From: an uncultured Acidobacteriaceae bacterium
Lineage (GTDB): Bacteria; Acidobacteriota; Terriglobia; Terriglobales; Acidobacteriaceae
Direction of reading: 5' to 3'
Length of the DNA: 64,000 bases
Assembly (NCBI GenBank): GCA_963816705.1
Contig: CAWFLZ010000010.1
Location: forward strand, 153,157-217,156
The position numbers and the translations under genes are program-made. Below, in pieces: positions 40,690 to 50,584 of the stretch (its first letter is position 1; each line of letters begins with the position of its first letter). The notes under the pieces were generated by a model. That model was not told where the DNA came from and did no database searches. It saw nothing but the letters and a program-made list of their open reading frames with translations.

Positions 40690-41412
40690 TTACTCCGCGT
40701 TGAGCACCAATTCAAACAACAGCAAACACCCCGTAGTAAACACCAGATCGTAGGTCGCAAGCAACCCAATCCAGAAGCGCGCGTTGAATTCGCCAGTAAG
40801 AATGGCGGAGGTTGCCTGTACCATGGCCAGCAGCGCGGGGATAGAAATCGGAAAAAGCAGCAAAGGCAGCATGATTTCACGGCTGCGCGTGCGGATCGAC
40901 ATCGCGGCAAAGAACGTGCCGTTCACGACCAGCGCCCACGTCCCAAAGGCCGCCACCAGCAGCAACTGCCACGCCGGGCCGAGCGCGCGCAGCCGATAAA
41001 AGATGATGAAGAGCGGCGTCATAAGCGCTTCCAGCACGACGACGAAAATAAAATTGCCGAGCGTCTTCGCCATGAACAGGGAATTGGCGGGCGCGGGCGA
41101 GACACGGTATGCATCCAGCACCTGGTTGCGCAGTTCGCGCGCCCAGGTCTGGTTGAGTGCGACCACGGCGGCAAAAAGAAATGCCACCCACACGAGGCCG
41201 CCCGCGATCTGGCGAGATTCTTCGGCGGTCGGGTCGAACGAGAAACTGAAGACGACGACCACCAGCAGCGAAAAAAACAGCATGGAGTTAATGGCGTCTT
41301 TTGAGCGCCATTCCAGGCGAAGGTCTTTGAGGAGCGTGGCGCGCGTGATGCCGGAAGGCTCGCGATTCGGAGACGGCTCGTCGGAACGTACTGCGTTGGA
41401 GGCGGCGTTCAT
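40690..41412 (-). CDS. ccmB: Heme exporter permease CcmB
   Basis: 240 aa polytopic membrane protein. Its order and overlap with ccmA (ATGA) fit CcmB. Confidence 0.85.
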   Translation of the reverse strand: MNAASNAVRSDEPSPNREPSGITRATLLKDLRLEWRSKDAINSMLFFSLLVVVVFSFSFDPTAEESRQIAGGLVWVAFLFAAVVALNQTWARELRNQVLDAYRVSPAPANSLFMAKTLGNFIFVVVLEALMTPLFIIFYRLRALGPAWQLLLVAAFGTWALVVNGTFFAAMSIRTRSREIMLPLLLFPISIPALLAMVQATSAILTGEFNARFWIGLLATYDLVFTTGCLLLFELVLNAE

Positions 41413-42152
41413 CTCGTAGTCCCCGGCAACTCCGAAGACCGGGCGTCCGGCGAGCTTGGCCCCGATTCTTGGGGACCAAATTCGCGGGTGCGCGCGACGA
41501 TCTTCCCCGCCGCCATCCAGATGAATTCATCGGCGGAGCCATCGAGCAATGCAGCCTGGTGGGTGACCACGAAGATGGTCTTGCCCTGATCGCGCAGGCC
41601 TGCAAGCAGACGAACCATATCGCGAGCGGAGCGGAGGTCGACATTCGAGAAAGGCTCGTCGAGCAGCAGTATCTTCGGATCGTTGAGCAGCGCGCGTGCG
41701 AGCGACATGCGCTGCCGCATGCCCTGCGAATATTGGCCCACGGGACGCGCGAGATCAGGATCGAGGCCGACCGCGCGGATGACTTCGGCGCTGCGATTTC
41801 CGCTGGTCTTTTTGTCCGGGACCCCATCCTGAATTCCGTAAAGCCGCTCAAAGTAAGCAAGATTTTCCATACCGCTCATTTCGTCATAGAGCAGAGACGG
41901 ATGCGCCATGTAGCCAACCTCGCGGCAAACGTGCCGAAATTTGGCGGCGCCAAGAATCTTGACCTGCCCGCTCGAAGGCTGGTTCAGGCCGGCGAGCGTG
42001 CGCAGCAGCGTGGTCTTGCCCGCGCCGTTGTCGCCGAGGATGGCGTACAGGTTGCCCGCAGCGAATTCGGCGGTCACTCCGCGCAAAGCTGCGAAGCGGC
42101 CGAACTGCTTGATCAGGTTGGTAACGGTGATGACAGGAGCGTTGTCAGTCAA
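41409..42152 (-). CDS. ccmA: Heme exporter ATP-binding protein CcmA
   Basis: 247 aa. Walker A (GDNGAGKTT), ABC signature and Walker B (LLLDEP). Confidence 0.9.
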   Translation of the reverse strand: MTDNAPVITVTNLIKQFGRFAALRGVTAEFAAGNLYAILGDNGAGKTTLLRTLAGLNQPSSGQVKILGAAKFRHVCREVGYMAHPSLLYDEMSGMENLAYFERLYGIQDGVPDKKTSGNRSAEVIRAVGLDPDLARPVGQYSQGMRQRMSLARALLNDPKILLLDEPFSNVDLRSARDMVRLLAGLRDQGKTIFVVTHQAALLDGSADEFIWMAAGKIVARTREFGPQESGPSSPDARSSELPGTTR

Positions 42153-42186
42153 TGGCTAGGATTCTAATTTGCACTCGTTCTGAACT

Positions 42187-42669
42187 CTAGTTCGATATGG
42201 CGCCGGAGTTCGAACTCTGATTTTGCGACATGCTCTTGGCAGGCTCGGCGGCTGGAGTTCCAGGCTGACCCTGCTTCGGCGCGTACTTCGAGGCGCACTT
42301 GGCCTGGAGTTGCTTGGCATGGAAGACGCCATCGCGTCCGAAGCTACCGTCGGCGAGGGCTTGCGCGTCATCTTTAAAAGTGTCGGGGGGAGCCTCGGTT
42401 CCCGTGTACGAAACAGGAAGCGTCAGCTCATTTTCCTTCAACATGAAGTCGACGCGGGTTCCCGAGCGCTTGATCGAGCCCGGCACCACGTTTCCAGCTA
42501 CCCGCAGACGCTTGGAGTAGGCCTCTTTGCCCATGCCGTTCAGTTCTTTGATAGTGACGTAGTAACTCTTGCTGTCCTGCACGCCGGTGTAGGCGAGGTA
42601 GCCGAGCGAGCACAGTATAAGAACCGTGACGCCTCCGAACTTCAGATATTTCCCAGCTTCACTCGACAT
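42187..42669 (-). CDS. ccmE: Cytochrome c-type biogenesis heme chaperone CcmE
   Basis: 160 aa with an N-terminal TM and an OB-fold carrying the heme-binding histidine region (FHAKQLQAKCASKY). Confidence 0.85.
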   Translation of the reverse strand: MSSEAGKYLKFGGVTVLILCSLGYLAYTGVQDSKSYYVTIKELNGMGKEAYSKRLRVAGNVVPGSIKRSGTRVDFMLKENELTLPVSYTGTEAPPDTFKDDAQALADGSFGRDGVFHAKQLQAKCASKYAPKQGQPGTPAAEPAKSMSQNQSSNSGAISN

Positions 42670-42718
42670 GGCCGCACCTCACATATCCAAAGCTATACCA
42701 AGTCCGCGAGGCGGGCAA

Positions 42719-44104
42719 CTATGCCATGAGCGCATAGTACGCGACGAACGACACCGCAAATCCCACGAACCAGGAGTAGTCATACAGAACTCGCACGGAC
42801 GGAATCACTAGCCCCACCAGCGCCATGCCGGCTCCAACCAACAGAGCGGTGACCGCTCGCCAGTTGAAGCCTCCCGAATATTCATACACGCCTCCCCGTA
42901 GATACAAGTCGTCCAAAACGAGCACGCGCCTGCGGATGACGAAGTAATCGCAGATCATGATGCCGGCCACCGGCCCGAGGAACGCTGCATAACCGCCGAG
43001 CCACCCGAAGATGAAAGTGCTGTAACTGGATAGCAGTTTCCACGGCATCAGCGCGATTCCCATGAAGCACGTGATAATCCCGCCCGTTCGGAAGCTGATT
43101 TTGCGCGGCCACAGATTCGAGAAATCATTGGCCGGCGAAACTACGTTGGCGCCGATATTTACGTTGAGCGTCGCCAGCAGGATCGCCAGCAACGAAATCA
43201 CCACCGCCACGGGCGAATGAAAGCGGCTGAGCAGTTGTACGGGATCCCAGATCGCGGTGCCGTAGATCACAACAGTTGCCGAGGTGACCAGAATCCCAAT
43301 CAGCGAATAGAGCGTCATGGTGGTCGGCAGGCCGAGCGCCTGCCCAATGATCTGTTGCCGCTGGCTGCGCGCGAAACGCGTGAAGTCCGGAATGTTCAGC
43401 GACACCGTGGCCCAGAACCCGACCGTGCCATCCAGCGCGGGAATGAGGAATTTCAGAAAATCCGGAAAGCTGGCGAAGCGCGACGGCGCCGACAGCATCG
43501 GGCCAAATCCGCCCGCCGACTTGTACGCCCATGCCAGCAGCAAGAGCCCGACCGCCAGCAGAACCGGTGCGCTGATTCCTTGCAGAATGCGAATGTATTC
43601 GATGCCTCGAAGGATGACAGCCAGGTTGATCAGCCAGAACGCGAGGAAACAAATCGCCGTACCGTGCGCGACTTGCGCCCATGCAGGTGCGAGCGTAGTG
43701 ATCAGCGTATTGATAGCTTCGCCGCCAATCCAGGTTTGAATGCCGAACCATCCGCAGGCGACGAGCGCCCGCAAGACCGCGGCGAAATTCGCTCCGAGCA
43801 CTCCGAAAGAAGCGCGCGCCAACACCGGGAACGGAACGCCGTAACGCGCGCCCGGATGCGAGTTCAAGAGCATCGGGATCAGCACGATCGTATTGCCGAG
43901 GAAGACGGTGGCTACAGCTTGCTTCCAGTTCATTCCGCCCTGAATCAAACTGGCAGCCAGCATGTAGGTGAGAATGTTGACCGACATCGAGACCCAGAGC
44001 GCGGCGTAGCTGTACGTTCCCCAGGTGCGGCGATCGGTAGTGGTGGGAGCCAGGTCTTTGTTGTAGAGCGGACTGGACTCGATGCGGGTTGAGATTTGGG
44101 GCAT
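42719..44104 (-). CDS. NCS1-family nucleobase:cation symporter (cytosine/uracil/allantoin/hydantoin permease family)
   Basis: 461 aa, 12 TM, NCS1 family features. Confidence 0.85.
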   Translation of the reverse strand: MPQISTRIESSPLYNKDLAPTTTDRRTWGTYSYAALWVSMSVNILTYMLAASLIQGGMNWKQAVATVFLGNTIVLIPMLLNSHPGARYGVPFPVLARASFGVLGANFAAVLRALVACGWFGIQTWIGGEAINTLITTLAPAWAQVAHGTAICFLAFWLINLAVILRGIEYIRILQGISAPVLLAVGLLLLAWAYKSAGGFGPMLSAPSRFASFPDFLKFLIPALDGTVGFWATVSLNIPDFTRFARSQRQQIIGQALGLPTTMTLYSLIGILVTSATVVIYGTAIWDPVQLLSRFHSPVAVVISLLAILLATLNVNIGANVVSPANDFSNLWPRKISFRTGGIITCFMGIALMPWKLLSSYSTFIFGWLGGYAAFLGPVAGIMICDYFVIRRRVLVLDDLYLRGGVYEYSGGFNWRAVTALLVGAGMALVGLVIPSVRVLYDYSWFVGFAVSFVAYYALMA

Positions 44105-44120
44105 GTCGAGTTGTCAGGAA

Positions 44121-45062
44121 TCAGTCCGCCGCCGCGGTCACGGATTGTTCGGTTAACGCGTGGTACGTTTCCGGACGGCGGTCGCGGTAGAACTGCCACA
44201 CTCTTCTTACTTCCTCAATCATGCCGAAGTCGACATCAGCGACCAGCACTTCATCTTTGTTGCGGCTGGCCTGTGCGAAAATCTTGCCGCGCGGATCGCA
44301 GAAATAACTCTTGCCGTAGAATTCGCCGATGTTCCATGGTTTTTCGCGGCCCACACGATTGATGGCGCCGACGAAGTATCCATTGGCGGCGGCATGGGCA
44401 GGCTGTTCCAGTTCCCATAGATATTCCGATAACCCCGCGACCGTAGCGGAAGGATTGAAAACAATCTCCGCGCCGTTGAGGCCCAGAATGCGCGCGCCTT
44501 CCGGAAAGTGCCGGTCATAGCAGATGTACACACCAACGCGTGCGTACTTAGTTGTAAATACCGGATAACCGAGGTCTCCAGGAGTGAAGTAGAACTTCTC
44601 CCAGAAACCGGGGTGAACGTGCGGGATGTGGTGCTTGCGATATTTGCCCAGATACTTGCCGTCGGCGTCGATGACCGCTGCGGTATTGAAGTAGACGCCC
44701 GGCATGTGCTCTTCGTAGACGGGCACGACGATGACCATGCCATATTTGGCGGCGATCTTTTGCATGAGTTCGGTGGTCGGGCCTCCGGGGACGCGCTCGG
44801 TCAGGTCGTACCAGCGCGTGTCCTGCTCGGCGCAGAAGTACGGGCCGTAGAAAAGTTCCTGGAGACAGAGAATCTTGACTTTCTTTTTGGCAGCCTGGTC
44901 GATGAGTTTCAGATGCTTGTCGATCATGGCCTTCTTGATTTCCTTGAGCGCGCGTGAGGCGGGGGCGGCGTTGCTGGCTTGGATGAGGCCACAACGGACG
45001 ATGCGGGACATTGGAATCACCTCCGGTGGAGGCCAATATAGCAGAGTGCACTTGGTCCCCAT
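44121..45062 (-). CDS. Carbon-nitrogen hydrolase (nitrilase superfamily), beta-ureidopropionase / N-carbamoyl-amine amidohydrolase-like
   Basis: 313 aa. Catalytic triad context E(LCLQELF)-K-C(VYICYDRHFPE). The likely start is an internal Met (MSRIVRCGLIQ). Confidence 0.85.
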   Translation of the reverse strand: MGTKCTLLYWPPPEVIPMSRIVRCGLIQASNAAPASRALKEIKKAMIDKHLKLIDQAAKKKVKILCLQELFYGPYFCAEQDTRWYDLTERVPGGPTTELMQKIAAKYGMVIVVPVYEEHMPGVYFNTAAVIDADGKYLGKYRKHHIPHVHPGFWEKFYFTPGDLGYPVFTTKYARVGVYICYDRHFPEGARILGLNGAEIVFNPSATVAGLSEYLWELEQPAHAAANGYFVGAINRVGREKPWNIGEFYGKSYFCDPRGKIFAQASRNKDEVLVADVDFGMIEEVRRVWQFYRDRRPETYHALTEQSVTAAAD

Positions 45063-45098
45063 CTTGGTTTCAAAAGGTCCGGCGAGCAGATCAACTCA

Positions 45099-45140
45099 GG
45101 TTTTCTCCGTGACCCTCTGTGTCCTCCGTGGGTGTGGGTT
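45099..45140. repeat. CACAGAG/CACGGAG-type short repeat element copy (inverted orientation)
   Basis: ggttttctccgtgaccctctgtgtcctccgtgggtgtggg shares ggtttt(t)ctcYgtgacYctctgtg with 13824..13846, and its reverse complement matches 62466..62497. Confidence 0.45.
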
Positions 45141-45147
45141 TCCCTGG

Positions 45148-46125
45148 TCAGCGTAGAGCGGCGTCGAGCGCTTGTTTCCAGCGTTGATTCTCGATGGTCC
45201 AGTAGACGCGAGTTTTGCCACCGGCAGCGAGCACCGGCGCCCAGACCGACTTGTTTCTTTCGTCGTCGGCCACGTTCAGGCGGTCGACCACTGTCATGCC
45301 ACGCGTCAGTTCACTCTCGGTTTCCACGTCGACGTAGTGGTCGCTCCAGTCGATACCAATTGTGGGGTCGAGCGCCAGCGCCATGGCCACCGGGTCGGGC
45401 AGGCAGATTCCGTCTTCCCCGGTTTGGACTTTGAGCGCGTGGCGCGCGTGGCTGTTGCACTCGATGGCGAACTTCGCCCGCTCCGTGTTGAAAGCCAGGA
45501 TGCGCTCAATATCTCTGTCGTCGAGAATCGCGCCGCCCCGGCAAAGATGCCAGCCCACGAGTTCGACAGGCAACCCACTGCGCATGACCATGCGGGCGGC
45601 TTCCGGATCAACGTAGATGTTGTATTCGGCGGCCGGCGTGATGTTGCCTTCGCAGCAGGGCGCTCCGCCCATGATGACGCAGCGGCTGACCTGGCCAGCA
45701 ATTTGCGGCTTCATTGCCAGTGCCAGCGCAATGTTCGTAAGCGGGCCGAGCGTCACGAGAACGATGCCGGGATTCGCTTCGATGGTTGCGACAATGGCAT
45801 CGACCGCATGCGTGCTTTCAGGAGCTTGGCGCGCAGCGGGATAGTTGTGATCGCCGAGTCCGTCGCGCCCGTGGAACCAGGTCGCGTTCTGATAGGTGCG
45901 GAGAAGCGGCTTGGAGGCTCCCATATAGACGGGGACTTTCTCGCGCAAATTCTCAGCGCAAAGTTCGACCGTATAGAGAGCATTGCGCGTCGCTTGCTCC
46001 ACCGGAACATTCCCCGCGACGGTCGTGATGGCGGCAACGCGAACATCCGGCACGCGCAGCGCCATGATCAGTGCAACCGCGTCGTCGGAAGCGGTGTCGG
46101 TGTCGATAAGGAAAGTGCGTGGCAC
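45148..46125 (-). CDS. Inosine-uridine preferring nucleoside hydrolase family protein
   Basis: 325 aa with the N-terminal DTDTASDDAVAL (DxDxxxDD) aspartate cluster characteristic of IU-nucleoside hydrolases. Confidence 0.85.
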   Translation of the reverse strand: MPRTFLIDTDTASDDAVALIMALRVPDVRVAAITTVAGNVPVEQATRNALYTVELCAENLREKVPVYMGASKPLLRTYQNATWFHGRDGLGDHNYPAARQAPESTHAVDAIVATIEANPGIVLVTLGPLTNIALALAMKPQIAGQVSRCVIMGGAPCCEGNITPAAEYNIYVDPEAARMVMRSGLPVELVGWHLCRGGAILDDRDIERILAFNTERAKFAIECNSHARHALKVQTGEDGICLPDPVAMALALDPTIGIDWSDHYVDVETESELTRGMTVVDRLNVADDERNKSVWAPVLAAGGKTRVYWTIENQRWKQALDAALR

Positions 46126-46269
46126 GCGGGATAGGATAGCAGCAGTTTGCAGCAGTCAGACTAGACCGCAGCGCCTGTAACCCTCCCGCCCCCCCGGGCG
46201 GACCGCCCTGGGAGGCGCCAAGCAAGAGAAACGGGTCCCATCGCCCGATTCGCCGCCAGCACGCTTTCG

Positions 46270-47398
46270 TCAGTGCTTGAACGCAATATTCAAGCCCGTC
46301 GAAATCTGCAGATCGTTTCTCTCAATGCGCGGTACAGCGATCGGAGGATTACTGACGAATACGTCAGTCACGGAGTTCTGCCATCCCAGCCACTTGTTAA
46401 GTTTGGTGACCGTTCCCAAGTTGAATGTGAAACGATATTGCGACGTGTCGCTCAGGTCGGGATAGAACATGAAAGCCTGTGTGACCACCGTGCTCTTGCC
46501 GAGCTTATGCGTGAATGCGTCACCGAGAGTCAATGCGGCCAGGCTTTGGGAATAGGAATAGGTAGCCGGAGGCGGATTGGGGCTCGCAACTTCGCTGTAG
46601 CTTTCATGCGTGTAGTTGCCGCCGACCAGGATGTCGAGCATGGTATAGGCATTCTTGATCGCGTGAAAGCCGATGCCGCCGCCCAGAATGTATCGCAGAT
46701 CCAGGTCTTGCAGCGAATTGGAGAAGAAGTCAGCGCTTCCAAAACCGAAGGCTCGCGGGATGAAATCGCGGTCGTAGCGAGCGCCGCCGCTGTTGGAGTC
46801 GGCGGTGGTTTGCGGCCCGGTCGCGGGCGCCACAACTTTGTCGTTCACAGCATAGACCGAGTTCTCATAAAGAGTGAGTTTGTCGTGCGCTCCCGTGCGC
46901 ACGGCATTCAATGCAACGTTCAAATTTTTGGTTTCGCTGTTTCCCGTCGTCACTCCGAAGCCCAGATTGACGCCACCCGCCCAGCCTTCTCCCCAGCTGG
47001 GATGCAAAGTCTTCTGATAGGCGGCTTCTTCGGCCGGACTGCGCATCACCGTTACAGACGAGAGCGGGGCCTCAACCGACGCCGGCGGCCTTGGTGGTTA
47101 CGATTACATTGGCACCGCTCGTTGCGACCGGGCCAACCGCCGTTTTGCCGCCCGCTGTCACGTTCAGGTCGCCAGTCGAACTGAGAGATTGGATCTCGTC
47201 GAATTTGATGGTCAAATCGCCTGCATAATCTGTTTTGAGCACGAGCGTTTTGCCATCGGATTTGGTGATTGATCCGGTTAGCTTGTCGCCGTTCTTCATG
47301 ACGACCTGGTCGGCAAGCGCCGGAAGTGCAAATAGAAAAAGAAGGCCTACTGCGAATTGGCTACGCACAGAAATTCTCCTCGATGAATTGAACCGCAA
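46270..47398 (-). pseudogene. DUF481-family outer-membrane beta-barrel protein, 1-bp insertion
   Basis: ORF 47072..47398 (signal peptide plus MKNGDKLTGSI, the DUF481 N-terminus) and ORF 46270..47049 (beta-barrel). An extra T near 47065 breaks ...AAGVGEAPLSSVTV.... Confidence 0.75.
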
Positions 47399-47580
47399 AG
47401 TAAGACATCAACTCTTTATGGATTGGACAACAGAACCGCAGTGACAGCGTTGGAAGTGGACACGAACTCTAGCCGTCACATTACCGCTAATCAATTTTGG
47501 ATGCTGAAATTATACCCCGCGCGGCCTAACTTTTTTCATCTACCGGCGCGAGCAAAGCATGCGGCAATTGCAGGAGGGAC

Positions 47581-47784
47581 TCAGGATTTCTCTTCCGGCT
47601 TTGCTTCGGCCTTTGCTTCAACTGGGGCGGGTTTGGCGGTTGCACCCTCTTTCATCCCATCGCGCAATGCCCGGAACCCCTCGCCGATGCCTTTGCCAAG
47701 CTCAGGCAGCTTCTTGGGGCCGAAGACCAGCAGGGCAATAAAGAAGATCACGAGCAGGTGCATGGGTTGGAACAGACCTTCCAT
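47581..47784 (-). CDS. tatA: Twin-arginine translocase subunit TatA/E
   Basis: 67 aa. An N-terminal TM (LLVIFFIALLVFGPKKLPELGKGIGEGFRALR) is the canonical TatA motif. Confidence 0.85.
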   Translation of the reverse strand: MEGLFQPMHLLVIFFIALLVFGPKKLPELGKGIGEGFRALRDGMKEGATAKPAPVEAKAEAKPEEKS

Positions 47785-47961
47785 AAGACCTCCTGGGGCT
47801 GTCCAGCGATGGGCAGCAACGCTCTTTGTTTAGTGTAGCGCAATCGAGCGGAAGGAGTCTTGCGGTCCGTGCCTGGCTTGGCCATCTGGCCATGTTCTAA
47901 CAATTACTTCCGTGACCTATCGAGTGTTGCGCGGGCGGGCTATTTTTGAGCTGAGGGCAGC

Positions 47962-49689
47962 TTGCGCTCAGAAGCCGCTCTGGACGCCGGAGGTCTCGTG
48001 AAACGTTGTTGGGTAAGCGGGCTGCTGCTTCTTTTCAGTGCTCTACCGATGGCAGGATCATCGTTGGCGGAGCAGGGAACCTCCGGAACAGTTTCTTCTC
48101 ACGGGCGTTTGGTCGCGTCATCATTCTCTGAGTCAGCTTCTTCTGGCCCATCTTCCAATGCATCGTCCGATTTATCCGCTGCAGGCACGTCTAGCGAATC
48201 CGCTCCTTCAGAATCGGCACCGGTCGCGGCACTGTCTTCACAAAAGTCGTCCCCGGCTTGTGCAGGAATTGACGAAATCTCTCTTTGGCTCGCAGCGGGA
48301 ATTTCGAACGCCCGCATTCTGCGGCTGGCAGGCGACAACTTCAAGCTGGCTTGCCATATCGCGCCATCGTGCGTGCGAACTCTTGAAAAGGGCGGCGCTG
48401 ATGCGAGCCTGATTCATTTTCTTGTGGGCACTGGCACTGCACATCAGAAGCTGACCGGCTCGGCCGCTCGGCAACAATCCGGTGCCGCATCTGCGACTGT
48501 ACCTTCCTGCAAATGCGCCGATGCCGCTGCTGAAATTGCGGCTCTTGTTCACGCGAAAAATTTCGCCGCGGCGGAAGAAAAACTGCACGCCCTGCTCGAG
48601 AACGATCCACATAACGCCGTGCTGCTTTTTGTGCTGGGCACAGTCCTGCGGCGCGAGGATCGGCTGGATGAGTCGTTCGACGCCTTTTCGGATTCCGTGA
48701 ACCTGATGCCCGGTTTTGCCGAAACTCATGGCGAACTCTCATATTATTTCTACCGCAGCGACGACTCCGACAATGCGCTGGCCGAGGCACGCACGGCGCT
48801 CAGTATCGATCCCGAAAATGCCGAGGCTTACCGCTTCCTTGGCCTTGCGCATTACGCCGACGGCCACTATGAGGCCGCGCTGAACGCCTACGAGAAATCG
48901 TTGGAGCGTGAACCTGACAACGCCGACGTGTACTTTGACATGGGCATCACGCAACGCGACAAAGGAGACTTGCGGCGCGCGGCGATTGCCTATCATCACG
49001 CGCTTACGCTGCGTCCCGACTTCTGGGAGGCGCACAGCAATCTCGGCGTAGTGTTGCGCGATGAAGGAAAACTGGATGAGGCCGCAGTTGAATTCCAGAC
49101 GGCGCTTCGGTTGAAGCCGGACGAGGCGAGCGTTCGCAGCAACTTGGGCAACACGCTTTGCGACAAAGAAGATTTCGACAAAGCGATCGTGGAATTCAAA
49201 GCACTCTATCGGCAGTTACCGGACTGGGAAGGCGGACACAATTGTCTGGCGCGCGCCTATATGTCAAAGCGCGACTATCCGTCGGCGATCCGCGAGTTGC
49301 ACGCGGCCATCGCTCAAAATCCCGCGGGCGCAGCCGAATATCGCGTGCTCGGCCAGGCTCTGCTGCTGACTGGACAGGATGAAGAGGCGGTGGAAGTGCT
49401 GCGCAAAGCAGTATCGCTCAATCCGGAATCGGCCCTCGGCCATCATTATTTGGGGACGGCGCTGGTGAATACGCAGCAATTGACAGAGGCGGAAAAAGAA
49501 TTTCGAGAAGCTTTGCGGCTGCAGCCGAACGGGCAGAATCACTATTCGCTGGCCGCGTGCCTCATGGCACTGAATCGTTACGAAGAAGCGCTGGGCGAGT
49601 TGGAAATCGCATCGCGACTTGATCCTCAAGAGAACCTTTATCGGGCGCGCATGCAGGAAGCGGCTCGCATGATTACGACCACGAAGTAG
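47962..49689 (+). CDS. Tetratricopeptide-repeat (TPR) protein with signal peptide and Ser-rich N-terminal region
   Basis: 575 aa with 9 or more TPR units (..AEAYRFLGLAHYADGHYEAALNAYEKSLEREPDNADVYFDMG.. and similar). Confidence 0.8.
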   Translation: MRSEAALDAGGLVKRCWVSGLLLLFSALPMAGSSLAEQGTSGTVSSHGRLVASSFSESASSGPSSNASSDLSAAGTSSESAPSESAPVAALSSQKSSPACAGIDEISLWLAAGISNARILRLAGDNFKLACHIAPSCVRTLEKGGADASLIHFLVGTGTAHQKLTGSAARQQSGAASATVPSCKCADAAAEIAALVHAKNFAAAEEKLHALLENDPHNAVLLFVLGTVLRREDRLDESFDAFSDSVNLMPGFAETHGELSYYFYRSDDSDNALAEARTALSIDPENAEAYRFLGLAHYADGHYEAALNAYEKSLEREPDNADVYFDMGITQRDKGDLRRAAIAYHHALTLRPDFWEAHSNLGVVLRDEGKLDEAAVEFQTALRLKPDEASVRSNLGNTLCDKEDFDKAIVEFKALYRQLPDWEGGHNCLARAYMSKRDYPSAIRELHAAIAQNPAGAAEYRVLGQALLLTGQDEEAVEVLRKAVSLNPESALGHHYLGTALVNTQQLTEAEKEFREALRLQPNGQNHYSLAACLMALNRYEEALGELEIASRLDPQENLYRARMQEAARMITTTK

Positions 49690-49814
49690 TTCTTTTTCGG
49701 GCTCTGGCCGGATGCGCGCGAATCGCGGTTACCGGGGCAGGTGCACTGTCGTGCATCGCTTCGGCGACAAAACGATCCTAGAATAGCCTCAAAGCGGTCG
49801 CCACCCGCTCTCGG

Positions 49815-50453
49815 ATGGAATCCATGGAAAGCACCGGAGTCAAACAAGCTCGGCAGAAAGTGGTCAATCCCGACGTTGTCGCGACGTCCTTTTCCGCTCC
49901 CGGATTGATGTCGAGTTCCGTCGCGCCGGCCTTCGAGCCCGGAGCCAGCCGCGGCATTGGCTATGGCATGCCTTGCGCGAAATGTCGCGCTTACTATCCC
50001 TCCGACATGGACGCGTGCCCGATTTGCAAGTCGAAAGAACGTTTGTCGGCGAATGGCAACGGACGTCCGGCTTCTGCTTCAGTTTCATCCTCAGCAGCGT
50101 CCCACTCGGAGGCAGCGAAGCTCCTGGCCGAAGAGCGAGAGCGGTTGCGGGAACTCAAATCCCAGATTTACGCGTCTCAGCCGCAGGTGCCCGCTGCGAC
50201 ATTCCGTTGCGCGCTCGATCAGAACCATGATGGCACCTCGGTCGAGCCGGCCGCGATCTGCCACTCCTGCTATGGAGAGATGCGACAGATGGTTGGTCGC
50301 ATGGAAGCCGCTCTGCATATGGAGCCGAAAGACGCAGCGAAGATTGTGTACGAAGCGGTTTGGGCCGACACGTCAGATCCCGACAAGACCTACTACAATG
50401 CGGCCGTTGCGCTCCTGGGCGAGTTGCGGAAGCGCGCGGGAATAACAAAGTAA
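49815..50453 (+). CDS. Hypothetical protein with two CxxC zinc-ribbon-like motifs
   Basis: 212 aa. CAKCRAYYPSDMDACPIC and C..(N)..CHSCYGE, with a coiled-coil segment between. Co-oriented with and downstream of the TPR protein gene. Confidence 0.5.
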   Translation: MESMESTGVKQARQKVVNPDVVATSFSAPGLMSSSVAPAFEPGASRGIGYGMPCAKCRAYYPSDMDACPICKSKERLSANGNGRPASASVSSSAASHSEAAKLLAEERERLRELKSQIYASQPQVPAATFRCALDQNHDGTSVEPAAICHSCYGEMRQMVGRMEAALHMEPKDAAKIVYEAVWADTSDPDKTYYNAAVALLGELRKRAGITK

Positions 50454-50584
50454 GATTTCATTCGGGTCCCACGTGTCAGGTCCCAGTTCCTCGAAATTCA
50501 GCTCTCAGTTCTTCGAAATTCTTCTGCCGTTGTCTCAGCCAAGGCTGTTCCGGACGCATTTCTGCGGCGCTGCGAAGCGGCTTT

